Shown here one piece after another: positions 1-14,580 of a stretch of DNA of 64,000 bases. Source of the DNA: Eledone cirrhosa (taxonomy: Eukaryota); assembly GCA_964016885.1 (NCBI GenBank), contig OZ024759.1:5332001-5396000 (forward strand). Reading direction: 5' to 3'. The stretch's first letter is position 1, and each line of letters begins with the position of its first letter. Made by a program: the position numbers and the translations under genes. The notes beneath the pieces were generated by a model. That model saw only the letters and a program-made list of their open reading frames with translations, had not been told where the DNA came from and made no database searches.

Positions 1-3000
1 TGTCTGGCGGGTTTTCTACAGCTGGATGCTCTTCCTAACACCAACCACATTTACAGTGTGGACTGAGAGGTTTTTACCGTGTTACCTACACGGCCACATT
101 ACAGCGTGGACTGACTGGCGAGTTTTCTACAGCTGGATGCCCTTCCTAACACCAACCACATTTACAGTGTGGACTGGGAGGTTTTTACCGTGTTGCCTAC
201 ACGGCCACATTACAGCGTGGACTGTCTGGCGGGTTTTCTACGGCTGGATGCCCTTCCTAACACCAACCAGATTTAGTGTGGGGTTGCGAGGTTTTTACCG
301 TGTTGCCTACACGGCCACATTACAGCGTGGACTGTCTGGCGGGTTTTCTACGGCTGGATACCCTTCCTAACACCAACCACATTTACAGTGTGGGGCTGGG
401 AGGTTTTTACCGTGTTGCCTACACGGCCACATTACAGCGTGGACTCTCTGGCGGGTTTTCTACGGCTGGATGCCCTTCCTAACACCAACCACATTTATAG
501 TGTGGGGCTGGGAGGTTTTTACCGTGTTGCCTACACGGCCACATTACAGCGTGGACTGTCTGGCGGGTTTTCTACGGCTGGATGCCCTTCCTAACACCAA
601 CCAGATTTAGTGTGGGGTTGCGAGATTTTTACCGTGTTGCCTACACGGCCACATTACAGCGTGGACTGTCTGGCGGGTTTTCTACGGCTGGATGCCCTTC
701 CTAACACCAACCACATTTACAGTGTGGGCTGGGAGGTTTTTACCGTGTTGCCTACACGGCCACATTACAGCGTGGACTGTCTGGCGGGTTTTCTACGGCT
801 GGATGCCCTTCCTAACACCAACCAGATTTAGTGTGGGGTTGCGAGGTTTTTACCGTGTTGCCTACACGGCCACATTACAGCGTGGACTCTCTGGCGGGTT
901 TTCTACGGCTGGATGCCCTTCCTAACTCCAACCACATTTACAGTGTGGGGCTGGGAGGTTTTTACCGTGTTGCCTACACGGCCACATTACAGCGTGGACT
1001 GTCTGGCGGGTTTTCTACAGCTGGATGCCCTTCCTAACACCAACCAGATTTACAGTGTGGCGCTGGGAGGTTTTTACCGTGTTGCCTACACGACCACATT
1101 ACAGCATGGACTGTCTGGCGGGTTTTCTACAGCTGGATGCTCTTCCTAACACCAACCGCATTTACAGTGTGGACTGAGAGGTTTTTACCGTGTTGCCTAC
1201 ACGGCCACATTACAGCGTGGACTGTCTGGCGGGTTTTCTACGGCTGGATGCCCTTCCTAACACCAACCACATTTACAGTGTGGGCTGGGAGGTTTTTACC
1301 GTGTTGCCTACACGGCCACATTACAGCGTGGACTGTCTGGCGGGTTTTCTACAGCTGGATGCCCTTCCTAACACCAACTACGCTTACAGTGTGGAACTGG
1401 GAGGTTTTTTCCGTGTTGCCTACACGGCCACATTACAGCGTGGACTGTCTGGCGGGTTTTCTACAGCTGGATGCCCTTCCTAACACCAACCACATTTACA
1501 GTGTGGACTGGGAGATTTTTACCGTGTTGCCTACACGGCCACATTACAGCGTGGACTGTCTGGCGGGTTTTCTACGGCTGGATGCCCTTCCTAACACCAA
1601 CCACATTTACAGTGTGGACTGGGAGGTTTTTACCGTGTTGCCTACACGGCCACATTACAGCGTGGACTGTCTGGCGGGTTTTCTACGGCTGGATGCCCTT
1701 CCTAACACAACCACATTTACAGTGTGGACTGGGAGGTTTTTACCGTGTTGCCTACAAGGCCACATTACAGCGTGGACTGTCTGGCGGGTTTTCTACGGCT
1801 GGATGCCCTTCCTAACACCAACCACATTTACAGTGTGGAATGGGAGATTTTTACCGTGTTGCCTACACGGCCACATTACAGCGTGGACTGTCTGGCCGGT
1901 CTTCTACGGCTGGATGCCCTTCCTAACACCAACCACATTTAGTGTGGGGTTGCGAGGTTTTTACCGTGTTGCCTACACGGCCACATTACAGCGTGGACTG
2001 TCTGGCGGGTTTTCTACGGCTGGATGCCCTTCCTAACACCAACCACATTTACAGTGTGGGTATGGCAAGTTTTTAGCGTGTTGCCTACACGGCCACATTA
2101 CAGCGTGGACTGTCTGGCAGGTTTTCTACAGCTGGATGCCCTTCCTAACACCAACCACATTTACAGTGTGGACTGGGAGATTTTTACCGTGTTGCCTACA
2201 CGGCCACATTACAGCGTGGACTGTCTGGCGGGTTTTCTATGGCTGGATGCCCTTCCTAACACCAACCACATTTACAGTGTGGACTGGGATGTTTTTACCG
2301 TGTTGCCTACACGGCCACATTACAGCGTGGACTGTCTGGCGGGTTTTCTACGGCTGGATGCCCTTCCTAACACCAACCAGACTTAGTGTGGGGTTGCGAG
2401 ATTTGTACCGTGTTGCCTACACGGCCACATTACAGCGTGGACTCTCTGGCGGGTTTTCTACGGCTGGATGCCCTTCCTAACACCAACCACATTTACAGTG
2501 TGGGGCTGGGAGGTTTTTACAGTGTTGCCTACACGGCCACATTACAGCGTGGACTGTCTGGCGGGTTTTCTACAGCTGGATGCCCTTCCTAACACCAACC
2601 ACATTTACAGTGTGGGGCTGGGAGGTTTTTACCGTGTTGCCTACACGGCCACATTACAACGTGGATTGTCTGGCGGGTTTTCTACAGCTGGATGCCCTTC
2701 CTAACACCAACCACATTTACAGTGTGGACTGGGAGATTTTTACCGTGTTGCCTACACGGCCACATTACAGCGTGGACTGTCTGGCGGGTTTTCTACGGCT
2801 GGATGCCCTTCCTAACACCAACCACATTTACAGTGTGGACTGGGAGGTTTTTACCGTGTTGCCTACACGGCCACATTACAGCGTGGACTGTCTGGCGGGT
2901 TTTCTACGGCTGGATGCTCTTCCTAACACCAACCACATTTACAGTGTGGACTGGGAGATTTTTACCGTGTTGCCTACAAGGCCACATTACAGCGTGGACT

Positions 3001-6000
3001 GTCTGGCGGGTTTTCTACGGCTGGATGCCCTTCCTAACACCAACCACATTTCATTGTGGACTGGGAGATTTTTACCGTGTTGCCTACACGGCCACATTAC
3101 AGCGTGGACTGACTGGCGGGTTTTCTACAGCTGGATGCTCTTCCTAACACCAACCACATTTACAGTGTGGACTGGGAGATTTTTACCGTGTTGCCTACAC
3201 GGCCACATTACAGCGTGGACTGTCTGGCGGGTTTTCTACGGCTGGATGCCCTTCCTAACACCAACCACATTTACAGTGTGGGGCTGGGAGGTTTTTACCG
3301 TGTTGCCTACACGGCCACATTACAGCGTGGACTGTCTGGCGGGTTTTCTACGGCTGGATGCCCTTCCTAACACCAACCACATTTACAGTGTGGGCTGGGA
3401 GGTTTTTACCGTGTTGCCTACACGGCCACATTACAGCGTGGACTGTCTGGCGGGTTTTCTACAGCTGGATGCCCTTCCTAACACCAACCACATTTACAGT
3501 GTGGACTGGGAGATTTTTACCGTGGTGCCTACACGGCCACATTACAGCGTGGACTGTCTGGCGGGTTTTCTACAGCTGGATGCCCTTCCTAACACCAACC
3601 ACATTTACAGTGTGGACTGGGAGGTTTTTACCGTGTTGCCTACACGGCCACATTACAGCGTGGACTGTCTGGCGGGTTTTCTACGGCTGGATGCCCTTCC
3701 TAACACCAACCACATTTACAGTGTGGACTGGGAGGTTTTTACCGTGTTGCCTACACGGCCACATTACAGCGTGGACTGTCTGGCGGGTTTTCTACGGCTG
3801 GATGCCCTTCCTAACACCAACCACATTTACAGTGTGGACTGGGAGATTTTTACCGTGTTGCCTACACGGCCACATTACAGTGTGGATGTCTGGCGGGTTT
3901 TCTACGGCTGGATGCCCTTCCTAACACGAACTACGTTTACAGTGTCTAACTGGGAGGTTTTTACCGTGTTGCCTACACGGCCACATTACAGCGTGGACTG
4001 TCTGGCGGGTTTTCTACGGCTGGATGCCCTTCCTAACACCAACCACATTTACAGTGTGGGCTGGGAGGTTTTTACCGTGTTGCCTACACGGCCACAATAC
4101 AGCGTGGACTGTCTGGCGGGTTTTCTACAGCTGGATGCCCTTCCTAACACCAACTACGGTTACAGTGTGGAACTGGGAGGTTTTTTCCGTGTTGCCTACA
4201 CGGCCACATTACAGCGTGGACTGTCTGGCGGGTTTTCTACAGCTGGATGCCCTTCCTAACACCAACCACATTTACAGTGTGGACTGGGAGATTTTTACCG
4301 TGTTGCCTACACGGCCACATTACAGCGTGGACTGTCTGGCGGGTTTTCTACGGCTGGATGCCCTTCCTAACACAAACCACATTTACAGTGTGGACTGGGA
4401 GGTTTTTACCGTGTTGCCTACACGGCCACATTACAGCGTGGACTGTCTGGCGGGTTTTCTACGGCTGGATGCCATTCCTAACACCAACCACATTTACAGT
4501 GTGGACTGGGAGGTTTTTACCGTGTTGCCTACAAGGCCACATTACAGCGTGGACTGTCTGGCGGGTTTTCTACGGCTGGATGCCCTTCCTAACACCAACC
4601 ACATTTACATTGTGGACTGGGAGATTTTTACCGTGTTGCCTACACGGCCACATTACAGCGTGGACTGACTGGCGGGTTTTCTACAGCTGGATGCTCTTCC
4701 TAACACCAACCACATTTACAGTGTGGACTGGGAGATTTTTACCGTGTTGCCTACACGGCCACATTACAGCGTGGACTGTCTGGCGGGTCTTCTACGGCTG
4801 GATGCCCTTCCTAACACCAACCACATTTAGTGTGGGGTTGGGAGGTTTTTACCGTGTTGCCTACACGGCCACATTACAGCGTGGACTGTCTGGCGGGTTT
4901 TCTACGGCTGGATGCCCTTCCTAACACCAACCACATTTACAGTGTGGGCTGGGACGTTTTTACCGTGTTGCCTACACGGCCACATTACAGCGTGGACTGT
5001 CTGGCGGGTTTTCTACGGCTGGATGCCCTTCCTAACACCAACCAGATTTAGTGTGGGGTTGCGAGGTTTTTACCGTGTTGCCTACACGGCCACATTACAG
5101 CGTGGACTCTCTGGCGGGTTTTCTACGGCTGGATGCCCTTCCTAACACCAACCACATTTACAGTGTGGGGCTGGGAGGTTTTTACCGTGTTGCCTACACG
5201 GCCACATTACAGCGTGGACTGTCTGGCGGGTTTTCTACAGCTGGATGCCCTTCCTAACACCAACCAGATTTACAGTGTGGCGCTGGGAGGTTTTTACCGT
5301 GTTGCCTACACGACCACATTACAGCATGGACTGTCTGGCGGGTTTTCTACAGCTGGATGCTCTTCCTAACACCAACCGCATTTACAGTGTGGACTGAGAG
5401 GTTTTTACCGTGTTGCCTACACGGCCACATTACAGCGTGGACTGTCTGGCGGGTTTTCTACGGCTGGATGCCCTTCCTAACACCAACCACATTTACAGTG
5501 TGGGCTGGGAGGTTTTTACCGTGTTGCCTACACGGCCACATTACAGCGTGGACTGTCTGGCGGGTTTTCTACAGCTGGATGCCCTTCCTAACACCAACTA
5601 CGCTTACAGTGTGGAACTGGGAGGTTTTTTCCGTGTTGCCTACACGGCCACATTACAGCGTGGACTGTCTGGCGGGTTTTCTACAGCTGGATGCCCTTCC
5701 TAACACCAACCACATTTACAGTGTGGACTGGGAGATTTTTACCGTGTTGCCTACACGGCCACATTACAGCGTGGACTGTCTGGCGGGTTTTCTACGGCTA
5801 GATGCCCTTCCTAACACCAACCACATTTACAGTGTGGACTGGGAGGTTTTTACCGTGTTGCCTACACGGCCACATTACAGCGTGGACTGTCTGGCGGGTT
5901 TTCTACGGCTGGATGCCCTTCCTAACACAACCACATTTACAGTGTGGACTGGGAGGTTTTTACCGTGTTGCCTACAAGGCCACATTACAGCGTGGACTGT

Positions 6001-9000
6001 CTGGCGGGTTTTCTACGGCTGGATGCCCTTCCTAACACCAACCACATTTACATTGTGGAATGGGAGATTTTTACCGTGTTGCCTACACGGCCACATTACA
6101 GCGTGGACTGACTGGCGGGTTTTCTACAGCTGGATGCTCTTCCTAACACCAACCACATTTACAGTGTGGACTGGGAGATTTTTACCGTGTTGCCTACACG
6201 GCCACATTACAGCGTGGACTGTCTGGCGGGTCTTCTACGGCTGGATGCCCTTCCTAACACCAACCACATTTAGTGTGGGGTTGCGAGGTTTTTACCGTGT
6301 TGCCTACACGGCCACATTACAGCGTGGACTGTCTGGCGGGTTTTCTATGGCTGGATGCCCTTCCTAACACCAACCACATTTACAGTGTGGACTGGGATGT
6401 TTTTACCGTGTTGCCTACACGGCCACATTACAGCGTGGACTGTCTGGCGGGTTTTCTACGGCTGGATGCCCTTCCTAACACCAACCAGATTTAGTGTGGG
6501 GTTGCGAGATTTTTACCGTGTTGCCTACACGGCCACATTACAGCGTGGACTCTCTGGCGGGTTTTCTACGGCTGGATGCCCTTCCTAACACCAACCACAT
6601 TTACAGTGTGGGGCTGGGAGGTTTTTACCGTGTTGCCTACACGGCCACATTACAGCGTGGACTGTCTGGCGGGTTTTCTACAGCTGGATGCCCTTCCTAA
6701 CACCAACCACATTTACAGTGTGGCGCTGGGAGGTTTTTACCGTGTTGCCTACACGACCACATTACAGCATGGACTGTCTGGCGGGTTTTCTACAGCTGGA
6801 TGCTCTTCCTAACACCAACCACATTTACAGTGTGGACTGAGAGGTTTTTACCGTGTTGCCTACACGGCCACATTACAGCGTGGACTGTCTGGCAGGTTTT
6901 CTACGGCTGGATGCCTTTCCTAACACCAACCACATTTACAGTGTGGGGCTGGGAGGTTTTTACCGTGTTGCCTACACGGCCACATTACAACGTGGATTGT
7001 CTGGCGGGTTTTCTACAGCTGGATGCCCTTCCTAACACCAACCACATTTACAGTGTGGACTGGGAGATTTTTACCGTGTTGCCTACACGGCCACATTACA
7101 GCGTGGACTGTCTGGCGGGTTTTCTACGGCTGGATGCCCTTCCTAACACCAACCACATTTACAGTGTGGACTGGGAGGTTTTTACCGTGTTGCCTACACG
7201 GCCATATTATAGCGTGGACTGTCTGGCGGGTTTTCTACAGCTGGATGCTCTTCCTAACACCAACCACATTTACAGTGTGGACTGAGAGGTTTTTACCGTG
7301 TTACCTACACGGCCACATTACAGCGTGGACTGACTGGCGAGTTTTCTACAGCTGGATGCCCTTCCTAACACCAACCACATTTACAGTGTGGACTGGGAGG
7401 TTTTTACCGTGTTGCCTACACGGCCACATTACAGCGTGGACTGTCTGGCGGGTTTTCTACGGCTGGATGCCCTTCCTAACACCAACCACATTTACAGTGT
7501 GGACTGGGAGGTTTTTACCGTGTTGCCTACACGGCCACATTACAGCGTGGACTGTCTGGCGGGTTTTCTACGGCTGGATACCCTTCCTAACACCAACCAC
7601 ATTTACAGTGTGGGGCTGGGAGGTTTTTACCGTGTTGCCTACACGGCCACATTACAGCGTGGACTCTCTGGCGGGTTTTCTACGGCTGGATGCCCTTCCT
7701 AACACCAACCACATTTATAGTGTGGGGCTGGGAGGTTTTTACCGTGTTGCCTACACGGCCACATTACAGCGTGGACTGTCTGGCGGGTTTTCTACAGCTG
7801 GATGCCCTTCCTAACACCAACCACATTTACAGTGTGGGGCTGGGAGGTTTTTACCGTGTTGCCTACACGGCCACATTACAACGTGGATTGTCTGGCGGGT
7901 TTTCTACAGCTGGATGCCCTTCCTAACACCAACCACATTTACAGTGTGGACTGGGAGATTTTTACCGTGTTGCCTACACGGCCACATTACAGCGTGGACT
8001 GTCTGGCGGGTTTTCTACGGCTGGATGCCCTTCCTAACACCAACCACATTTACAGTGTGGACTGGGAGGTTTTTACCGTGTTGCCTACACGGCCACATTA
8101 TAGCGTGGACTGTCTGGCGGGTTTTCTACAGCTGGATGCTCTTCCTAACACCAACCACATTTACAGTGTGGACTGAGAGGTTTTTACCGTGTTACCTACA
8201 CGGCCACATTACAGCGTGGACTGACTGGCGAGTTTTCTACAGCTGGATGCCCTTCCTAACACCAACCACATTTACAGTGTGGACTGGGAGGTTTTTACCG
8301 TGTTGCCTACACGGCCACATTACAGCGTGGACTGTCTGGCGGGTTTTCTACGGCTGGATGCCCTTCCTAACACCAACCAGATTTAGTGTGGGGTTGCGAG
8401 GTTTTTACCGTGTTGCCTACACGGCCACATTACAGCGTGGACTGTCTGGCGGGTTTTCTACGGCTGGATGCCCTTCCTAACACCAACCACATTTACAGTG
8501 TGGGGCTGGGAGGTTTTTACCGTGTTGCCTACACGGCCACATTACAGCGTGGACTGTCTGGCGGGTTTTCTACAGCTGGATGCCCTTCCTAACACCAACC
8601 ACATTTACAGTGTGGGGCTGGGAGGTTTTTACCGTGTTGCCTACACGAACACATTACAGCATGGACTGTCTGGCGGGTTTTCTACAGCTGGATGCTCTTC
8701 TTAACACCAACCACATTTACAGTGTGGACTGAGAGGTTTTTACCGTGTTACCTACACGGCCACATTACAGCGTGGACTGACTGGCTGGTTTTCTACAGCT
8801 GGATGCCCTTCCTAACACCAACCACATTTACAGTGTGGACTGGGAGGTTTTTACCGTGTTGCCTACACGGCCACATTACAGCGTGGACTGTCTGGCGGGT
8901 TTTCTACCGCTGGATGCCCTTCCTAACACCAACCAGATTTAGTGTGGGGTTGTGAGGTTTTTACCGTGTTGCCTACACGGCCACATTACAGCGTGGACTG

Positions 9001-10781
9001 TCTGGCGGGTTTTCTACGGCTGGATGCCCTTCCTAACACCAACCACATTTACAGTGTGGACTGGGAGGTTTTTACCGTGTTGCCTACACGGCCACATTAC
9101 AGCGTGGACTGTCTGGCGGGTTTTCTACGGCTGGATGCCCTTCCTAACACCAACCACATTTACAGTGTGGGCTGGGAGGTTTTTACCATGTTGCCTACAC
9201 GGCCACATTACAGCGTGGACTGTCTGGCGGGTTTTCTACGGCTGGATGCCCTTCCTAACACCAACCACATTTACAGTGTGGACTGGGAGGTTTATACCGT
9301 GTTGCCTACACGACCACATTACAGCATGGACTGTCTGGCGGGTTTTCTACAGCTGGATGCTCTTCCTAACACCAACCACATTTACAGTGTGGACTGGGAG
9401 GTTTTTACCGTGTTGCCTACACGGCCACATTACAGCGTGGACTGTCTGGCGGGTTTTCTACGGCTGGATGCCCTTCCTAACACCAACCAGATTTAGTGTG
9501 GGGTTGCGAGGTTTTTACCGTGTTGCCTACACGGCCACATTACAGCGTGGACTGTCTGGCGGGTTTTCTACGGCTGGATGCCCTTCCTAACACCAACCAC
9601 ATTTACAGTGTGGGGCTGGGAGGTTTTTACCGTGTTGCCTACACGGCCACATTACAGCGTGGACTCTCTGGCGGGTTTTCTACGGCTGGATGTCCTTCCT
9701 AACACCAACCACATTTACAGTGTGGGGCTGGGAGGTTTTTACCGTGTTGCCTACACGGCCACATTACAGCGTGGACTGTCTGGCGGGTTTTCTACAGCTG
9801 GATGCCCTTCCTAACACCAACCACATTTACAGTGTGGGGCTGGGAGGTTTTTACCGTGTTGCCTACACGAACACATTACAGCATGGACTCTCTGGCGGGT
9901 TTTCTACAGCTGGATGCTCTTCTTAACACCAACCACATTTACAGTGTGGACTGAGAGGTTTTTACCGTGTTACCTACACGGCCACATTACAGCGTGGACT
10001 GACTGGCTGGTTTTCTACAGCTGGATGCCCTTCCTAACACCAACCACATTTACAGTGTGGACTGGGAGGTTTTTACCGTGTTGCCTACACGGCCACATTA
10101 CAGCGTGGACTGTCTGGCGGGTTTTCTACGGCTGGATGCCCTTCCTAACACCAACCACATTTACAGTGTGGGCTGGGAGGTTTTTACCATGTTGCCTACA
10201 CGGCCACATTACAGCGTGGACTGTCTGGCGGGTTTTCTACGGCTGGATGCCCTTCCTAACACCAACCACATTTACAGTGTGGACTGGGAGGTTTATACCG
10301 TGTTGCCTACACGACCACATTACAGCATGGACTGTCTGGCGGGTTTTCTACAGCTGGATGCTCTTCCTAACACCAACCACATTTACAGTGTGGACTGAGA
10401 GGTTTTTACCGTGTTACCTACACGGCCACATTACAGCGTGGACTGTCTGGCGGGTTTTCTACAGCTGGATGCCCTTCCTAACACCAACCACGTTTACAGT
10501 GTGGAACTGGGAGGTTTTTACCGTGTTACCTACACGGCCACATTACAGCGTGGACTGTCTGGCGGGTTTTCTACAGCTGGATGCCCTTCCTAACACCAAC
10601 CACATTTACAGTGTGGACTGGGAGGTTTTTACTGTGTTACCTACATGGCCACATTACAGCGTGGACTGTCTGGCGAGTTTTCTACAGCTGGATGCCCTTC
10701 CTAACACCAACCACATTTACAGTGTGGGGCTGGGAGGTTTTTACCGTGTTGCCTACACGTTCACATTACAGCGTGGACTGT
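1..10781. repeat. Tandem satellite, 110-112 bp monomer (~97 copies in window), derived from the RTE LINE 3' UTR; open at the left window edge
   Basis: Consensus GGACTGTCTGGCGGGTTTTCTACRGCTGGATGCCCTTCCTAACACCAACCACATTTACAGTGTGGACTGGGAGGTTTTTACCGTGTTGCCTACACGGCCACATTACAGCGT repeats head to tail. The last unit ends ...GCGTGGACTGT at 10781 and runs straight into unique LINE UTR sequence (GTGTTTTTTTGTCGTGACACC). Confidence 0.98.
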
Positions 10782-10862
10782 GTGTTTTTTTGTCGTGACA
10801 CCTACACGACCTCATTTGTTTCGGCCTGTATGTTGTGGCAGCAACATAACTTTACATTGAAA

Positions 10863-10902
10863 GGGGCGGTGTGGATATGGGGTGGGGGTGGTGGGACGGG
10901 GG
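10863..10902 (+). other. G-rich tract in LINE A 3' UTR (potential G-quadruplex on + strand)
   Basis: GGGGCGGTGTGGATATGGGGTGGGGGTGGTGGGACGGGGG has five runs of three or more G. Confidence 0.55.
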
Positions 10903-10951
10903 TGTATTTTGTTAGAGGTGCCTACTGACTGTAGTAGGTTTTACTTTGTAC

Positions 10952-13432
10952 TTAGGCAAGGCGGGTCTTCTGTATTACTGTGTACCGCCAAAGATCTCCG
11001 TCCAGTGACATTGTCTTGGAGAGGTGTAAGTGTGTGAGGTCAGAATATATCAAGTCGTCCCAGGTTTTACTGGGTCTGCCTACTCCGTGGCTACCGTCTA
11101 TCTTTATTGCCCTGCTATACAGCTGTCGTCTTTCATGCGCATCACGTGACCATACCAACGTAGTCTTCTCTCGAGTAAACAACATCTGATCCCTCTTATT
11201 TCTAATTTGTCCCTTAGTTCGTTTATGCTTTGCCGTTTGTGCTTTGCTGTTTGTATGCAGGCATCATACAGCCTGCCTTTCATTTTTAGGGAGAACCCTT
11301 TAGCGGCTAATAGTGGTATAAGCTCTCTGAACTTTTTCCATCCAGTTCTGACTCTAGCTACTGTACTTTCAGACCATCCCTCCCCCACTGCTGATTTTGT
11401 CACCCAGGTAACTGAAGCTGTCCACTATTTCTATAGAACCCTCTGTGCAATTGAAAGAGCTAGTATTTTGTGAGCACTTGCTGCTACTTATTGCACCAGA
11501 GCACCGGCCACATGTAAAATCTATGTTCTTAGTTAGCTTACCTGTGATTCCACTACACCTTTCCACTAAGCCTTTCCTACACACTGAGCATGGCCATTTC
11601 CCAGATGGGACCGGCGCCCTATTTTCCTTCCTACAAACTAGAACTTTAGACTTAGCCAGGTTAATTTTAAAGCCTTTTGATTCTAGACCGTGCTTCCATG
11701 TTTGGAATTTCTTCTCTAGCTCGGCCATTGATTCAGCTATGAGCGTGAGATAATCTGCGTATAGGAGTTCCCATGGGCAGCCGGTCTTGAACTCCACTGT
11801 TATAGCCTGAAGGGCAACAATAAATAGTAGGGGGCTAAGAACGGAGCCCTGATGAACACCAACTTTTACGCTAAACTCTTCACTATATTCGTTGTTAATT
11901 CTAACCTTGCTAACTGTTTCTTTATACATGGCTTGTATAGCTCTCACAAGCCATTCGTCAACACCTAGTTTTCTAAGAGCCCACCAGATAATGGAACGGG
12001 AGACTCTGTCGAAGGCTTTCTCCAAGTCGACAAAAGCTAAGTATAGGGTTTTACTCTTAGCTAGGTACTTCTCCTGTAGTTGTCGTACAATGAAAAGAGC
12101 GTCTGTGGTACTTTTGCCTGACACAAACCCGAACTACATTTCATCTAGATCAATTCTCTCTCTGATTAGTTGCGCTATTACTTTTTCCGTGACCTTCATG
12201 ACCTGGTCGATTAATTTAATGCCTCTATAGTTACCCCTATCTAGGGAATCTCCTTTATCCATGTAACAGTTAATGATGATGCTGCTACGCCAGTCCTTCA
12301 GAGCGACCCCATTCAGTATGACTTGGTTTACTATCTGGGTGACCATGGTGTGTCCCACCATTCCAGAGGCTTTCAGCATCTCAGCAACTATTTCCGAAGG
12401 CCCAGCCGCCTTACCCGTCTTCATATCTTTGATTGCCTTACTTATTATACTACCTTCGACTAACACTGCTGGTCCCTCTATTGGGTCGATGTGGGGGAGA
12501 CTGTCTTTCTCCCATTTATTCTCCTCATTTAGTAGCCTCTCGTAGTGACACTTCCAAGCTACCTTCTTATCAACGTCAGTGATGGCAAGTACACCATCAA
12601 CATTAAGTACACACTTCTCCCCGACAATATCACCGTTTTCCTTGACACATTGCCTAGCAATCCTGAATACCTCACGCTTTTGGTCCTCACGTTGTAGAAC
12701 ATGCTTGAACTTTCTTTCCTCTGCTTCCCTTCTTGCGAAGTACAGTTGTCTCCTAGCTTCCCTCCTGGCCACTTGATAGTCTTCTCTACTTCCCCCATCC
12801 CGCCATACTTTCCAATCCTGCTTTTTGGCCTTAATTGACTCCTCCACCTTACTGTTCCACCACCATGTTACTCTCCTCCTGCCTACACGCCTGTTCCAGC
12901 CACAGACTTCGTCTGCCGCCATCAGCAGGTTTACTTTCAAGAATTGCTACTGTTCCTCTACATTGTACGACTCTAATTGCTCTTCCTTACTGTCAAAAGC
13001 ATCAAGTAATATGCTTTTAAATATATTTCTGGCTGTGAGGTCCTTTAGCTTCCATATTTTCCTCCTGAGGATAGTCCTCTTCTGCTGTCTAGTACGTCTC
13101 GTCCTGACTATGAGGTCGCTAATTATCAGTCTATGTTGGGAGGTGCATTCTTCATGGGGGAGGGATTTAGTGTTTACAACAGACACTCTGTCACGTCTTC
13201 TGGTAAGGATATAATCTACCTGGCTGGTATGTTCCCCTGATCTGTAGGTGATCAAGTGATTGTCTCGTTTTTTGAAGTTAGTGTTACAGATAGTTAGGTT
13301 ATTTGCATCACAGAATTCCAGGATTCTGGAGTCTTCCTCATTTCTAGTACCAACCCATAGCCTCCATGGATTCCGTCACAATGTTGTCCAACGTGGCCAT
13401 TTAGGTCGCCTGCAATAATTATATAGTCACTG

Positions 13433-13433
<1 letters not shown>
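10952..13433 (-). pseudogene. Disrupted LINE ORF (APE endonuclease fragment + reverse transcriptase)
   Basis: Split into ORF pieces 13294-13521, 12947-13255, 12134-12940, 11369-12124, 11104-11403 and 10952-11185. In-frame TAG stops lie at ~12947 (TGG in copy B) and ~12134 (CAG in copy B). Catalytic YADD is changed to YADY (11750-11761). Several deletions and frameshifts relative to copy B. Confidence 0.93.
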
Positions 13434-13463
<30 letters not shown>

Positions 13464-13522
13464 CTATATATATATATGCACATATATATATATCTATATA
13501 TATATATACACACACACACACC

Positions 13523-13559
<37 letters not shown>

Positions 13560-13607
13560 CTATATATATATATTTACACACACACATATATATATATATA
13601 TATATTT

Positions 13608-13694
<87 letters not shown>

Positions 13695-13716
13695 CTATAT
13701 ATATATATATATATTT

Positions 13717-13805
<89 letters not shown>

Positions 13806-13815
13806 TATATACACA

Positions 13816-13863
<48 letters not shown>

Positions 13864-13955
13864 CTAATTCCTATATATATACACACACACCTATATATAT
13901 ATACACACACATATATTTATATATACACACACCTATATATATATATATATACACA

Positions 13956-14008
<53 letters not shown>

Positions 14009-14093
14009 CACACACCTATATATCTCTATATATATATACATACACACACACACACCTATATATATATATATATATACACACACTATATATACA
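13434..14093. repeat. Compound microsatellite, (TA)n interspersed with (CA)n (CACACC/CACAC-TATA orientation)
   Basis: Direct reading: alternating TATATA runs and ACACAC(C) runs. Confidence 0.97.
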
Positions 14094-14139
14094 TTTAAAA
14101 TTAATAATTTAACGTCGGTAAGTTCAAGATAACCATGCA

Positions 14140-14171
14140 TGTGTGTGTATATATATATATATATATATGCA

Positions 14172-14205
<34 letters not shown>

Positions 14206-14306
14206 GGTGTGTGTATATATATATCTATATATATATATATATGTGTGTGTGTGTATATATATATATAGGTGTGTGTCTGTATATATATATATATATATAT
14301 ATATAG

Positions 14307-14343
<37 letters not shown>

Positions 14344-14477
14344 GTGTGTGTATATATATATATATATAGTGTGTGTGTATATATATATATATATATAGTG
14401 TGTGTATATATATATATATATATATAGGTGTGTGTGTATATATATATATATAGGTGTGTATATATATATATATATAT

Positions 14478-14523
<46 letters not shown>

Positions 14524-14543
14524 TGTGTGTGTGTATATATATA

Positions 14544-14580
<37 letters not shown>

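Larger units (their letters stand above)
10782..13433 (-). mobile_element. RTE-clade non-LTR retrotransposon (LINE), copy A, 5'-truncated and decayed; its 3' UTR continues into the 111-bp array
   Basis: Collinear with copy B (14885-17698). Homology stops at ...ATATAGTCACTGT (13433), followed directly by (TA)n. EN motifs GDLNGHVG and SQVDYIL and RT motifs VDLEKAFDRV and [10 protein letters not shown] are present in fragments. Confidence 0.95.

Noticed and set aside
1-10798. Dozens of + strand ORFs (up to 559 aa) with repeated MPFLTPTTFTVW / VFTVLPTRPHYSVD peptides
   Set aside because: They are translations of a 111-bp (3x37) tandem unit. Frames switch at 110/112-bp variants, and the unit is antisense LINE 3' UTR.
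11789-11800. 12-bp match AACTCCACTGTT between the LINE A RT region and the 54-bp monomer (AACTCCTCTGTT in copy B)
   Set aside because: The match does not extend on either side and is too short to support a LINE origin for the 54-mer.
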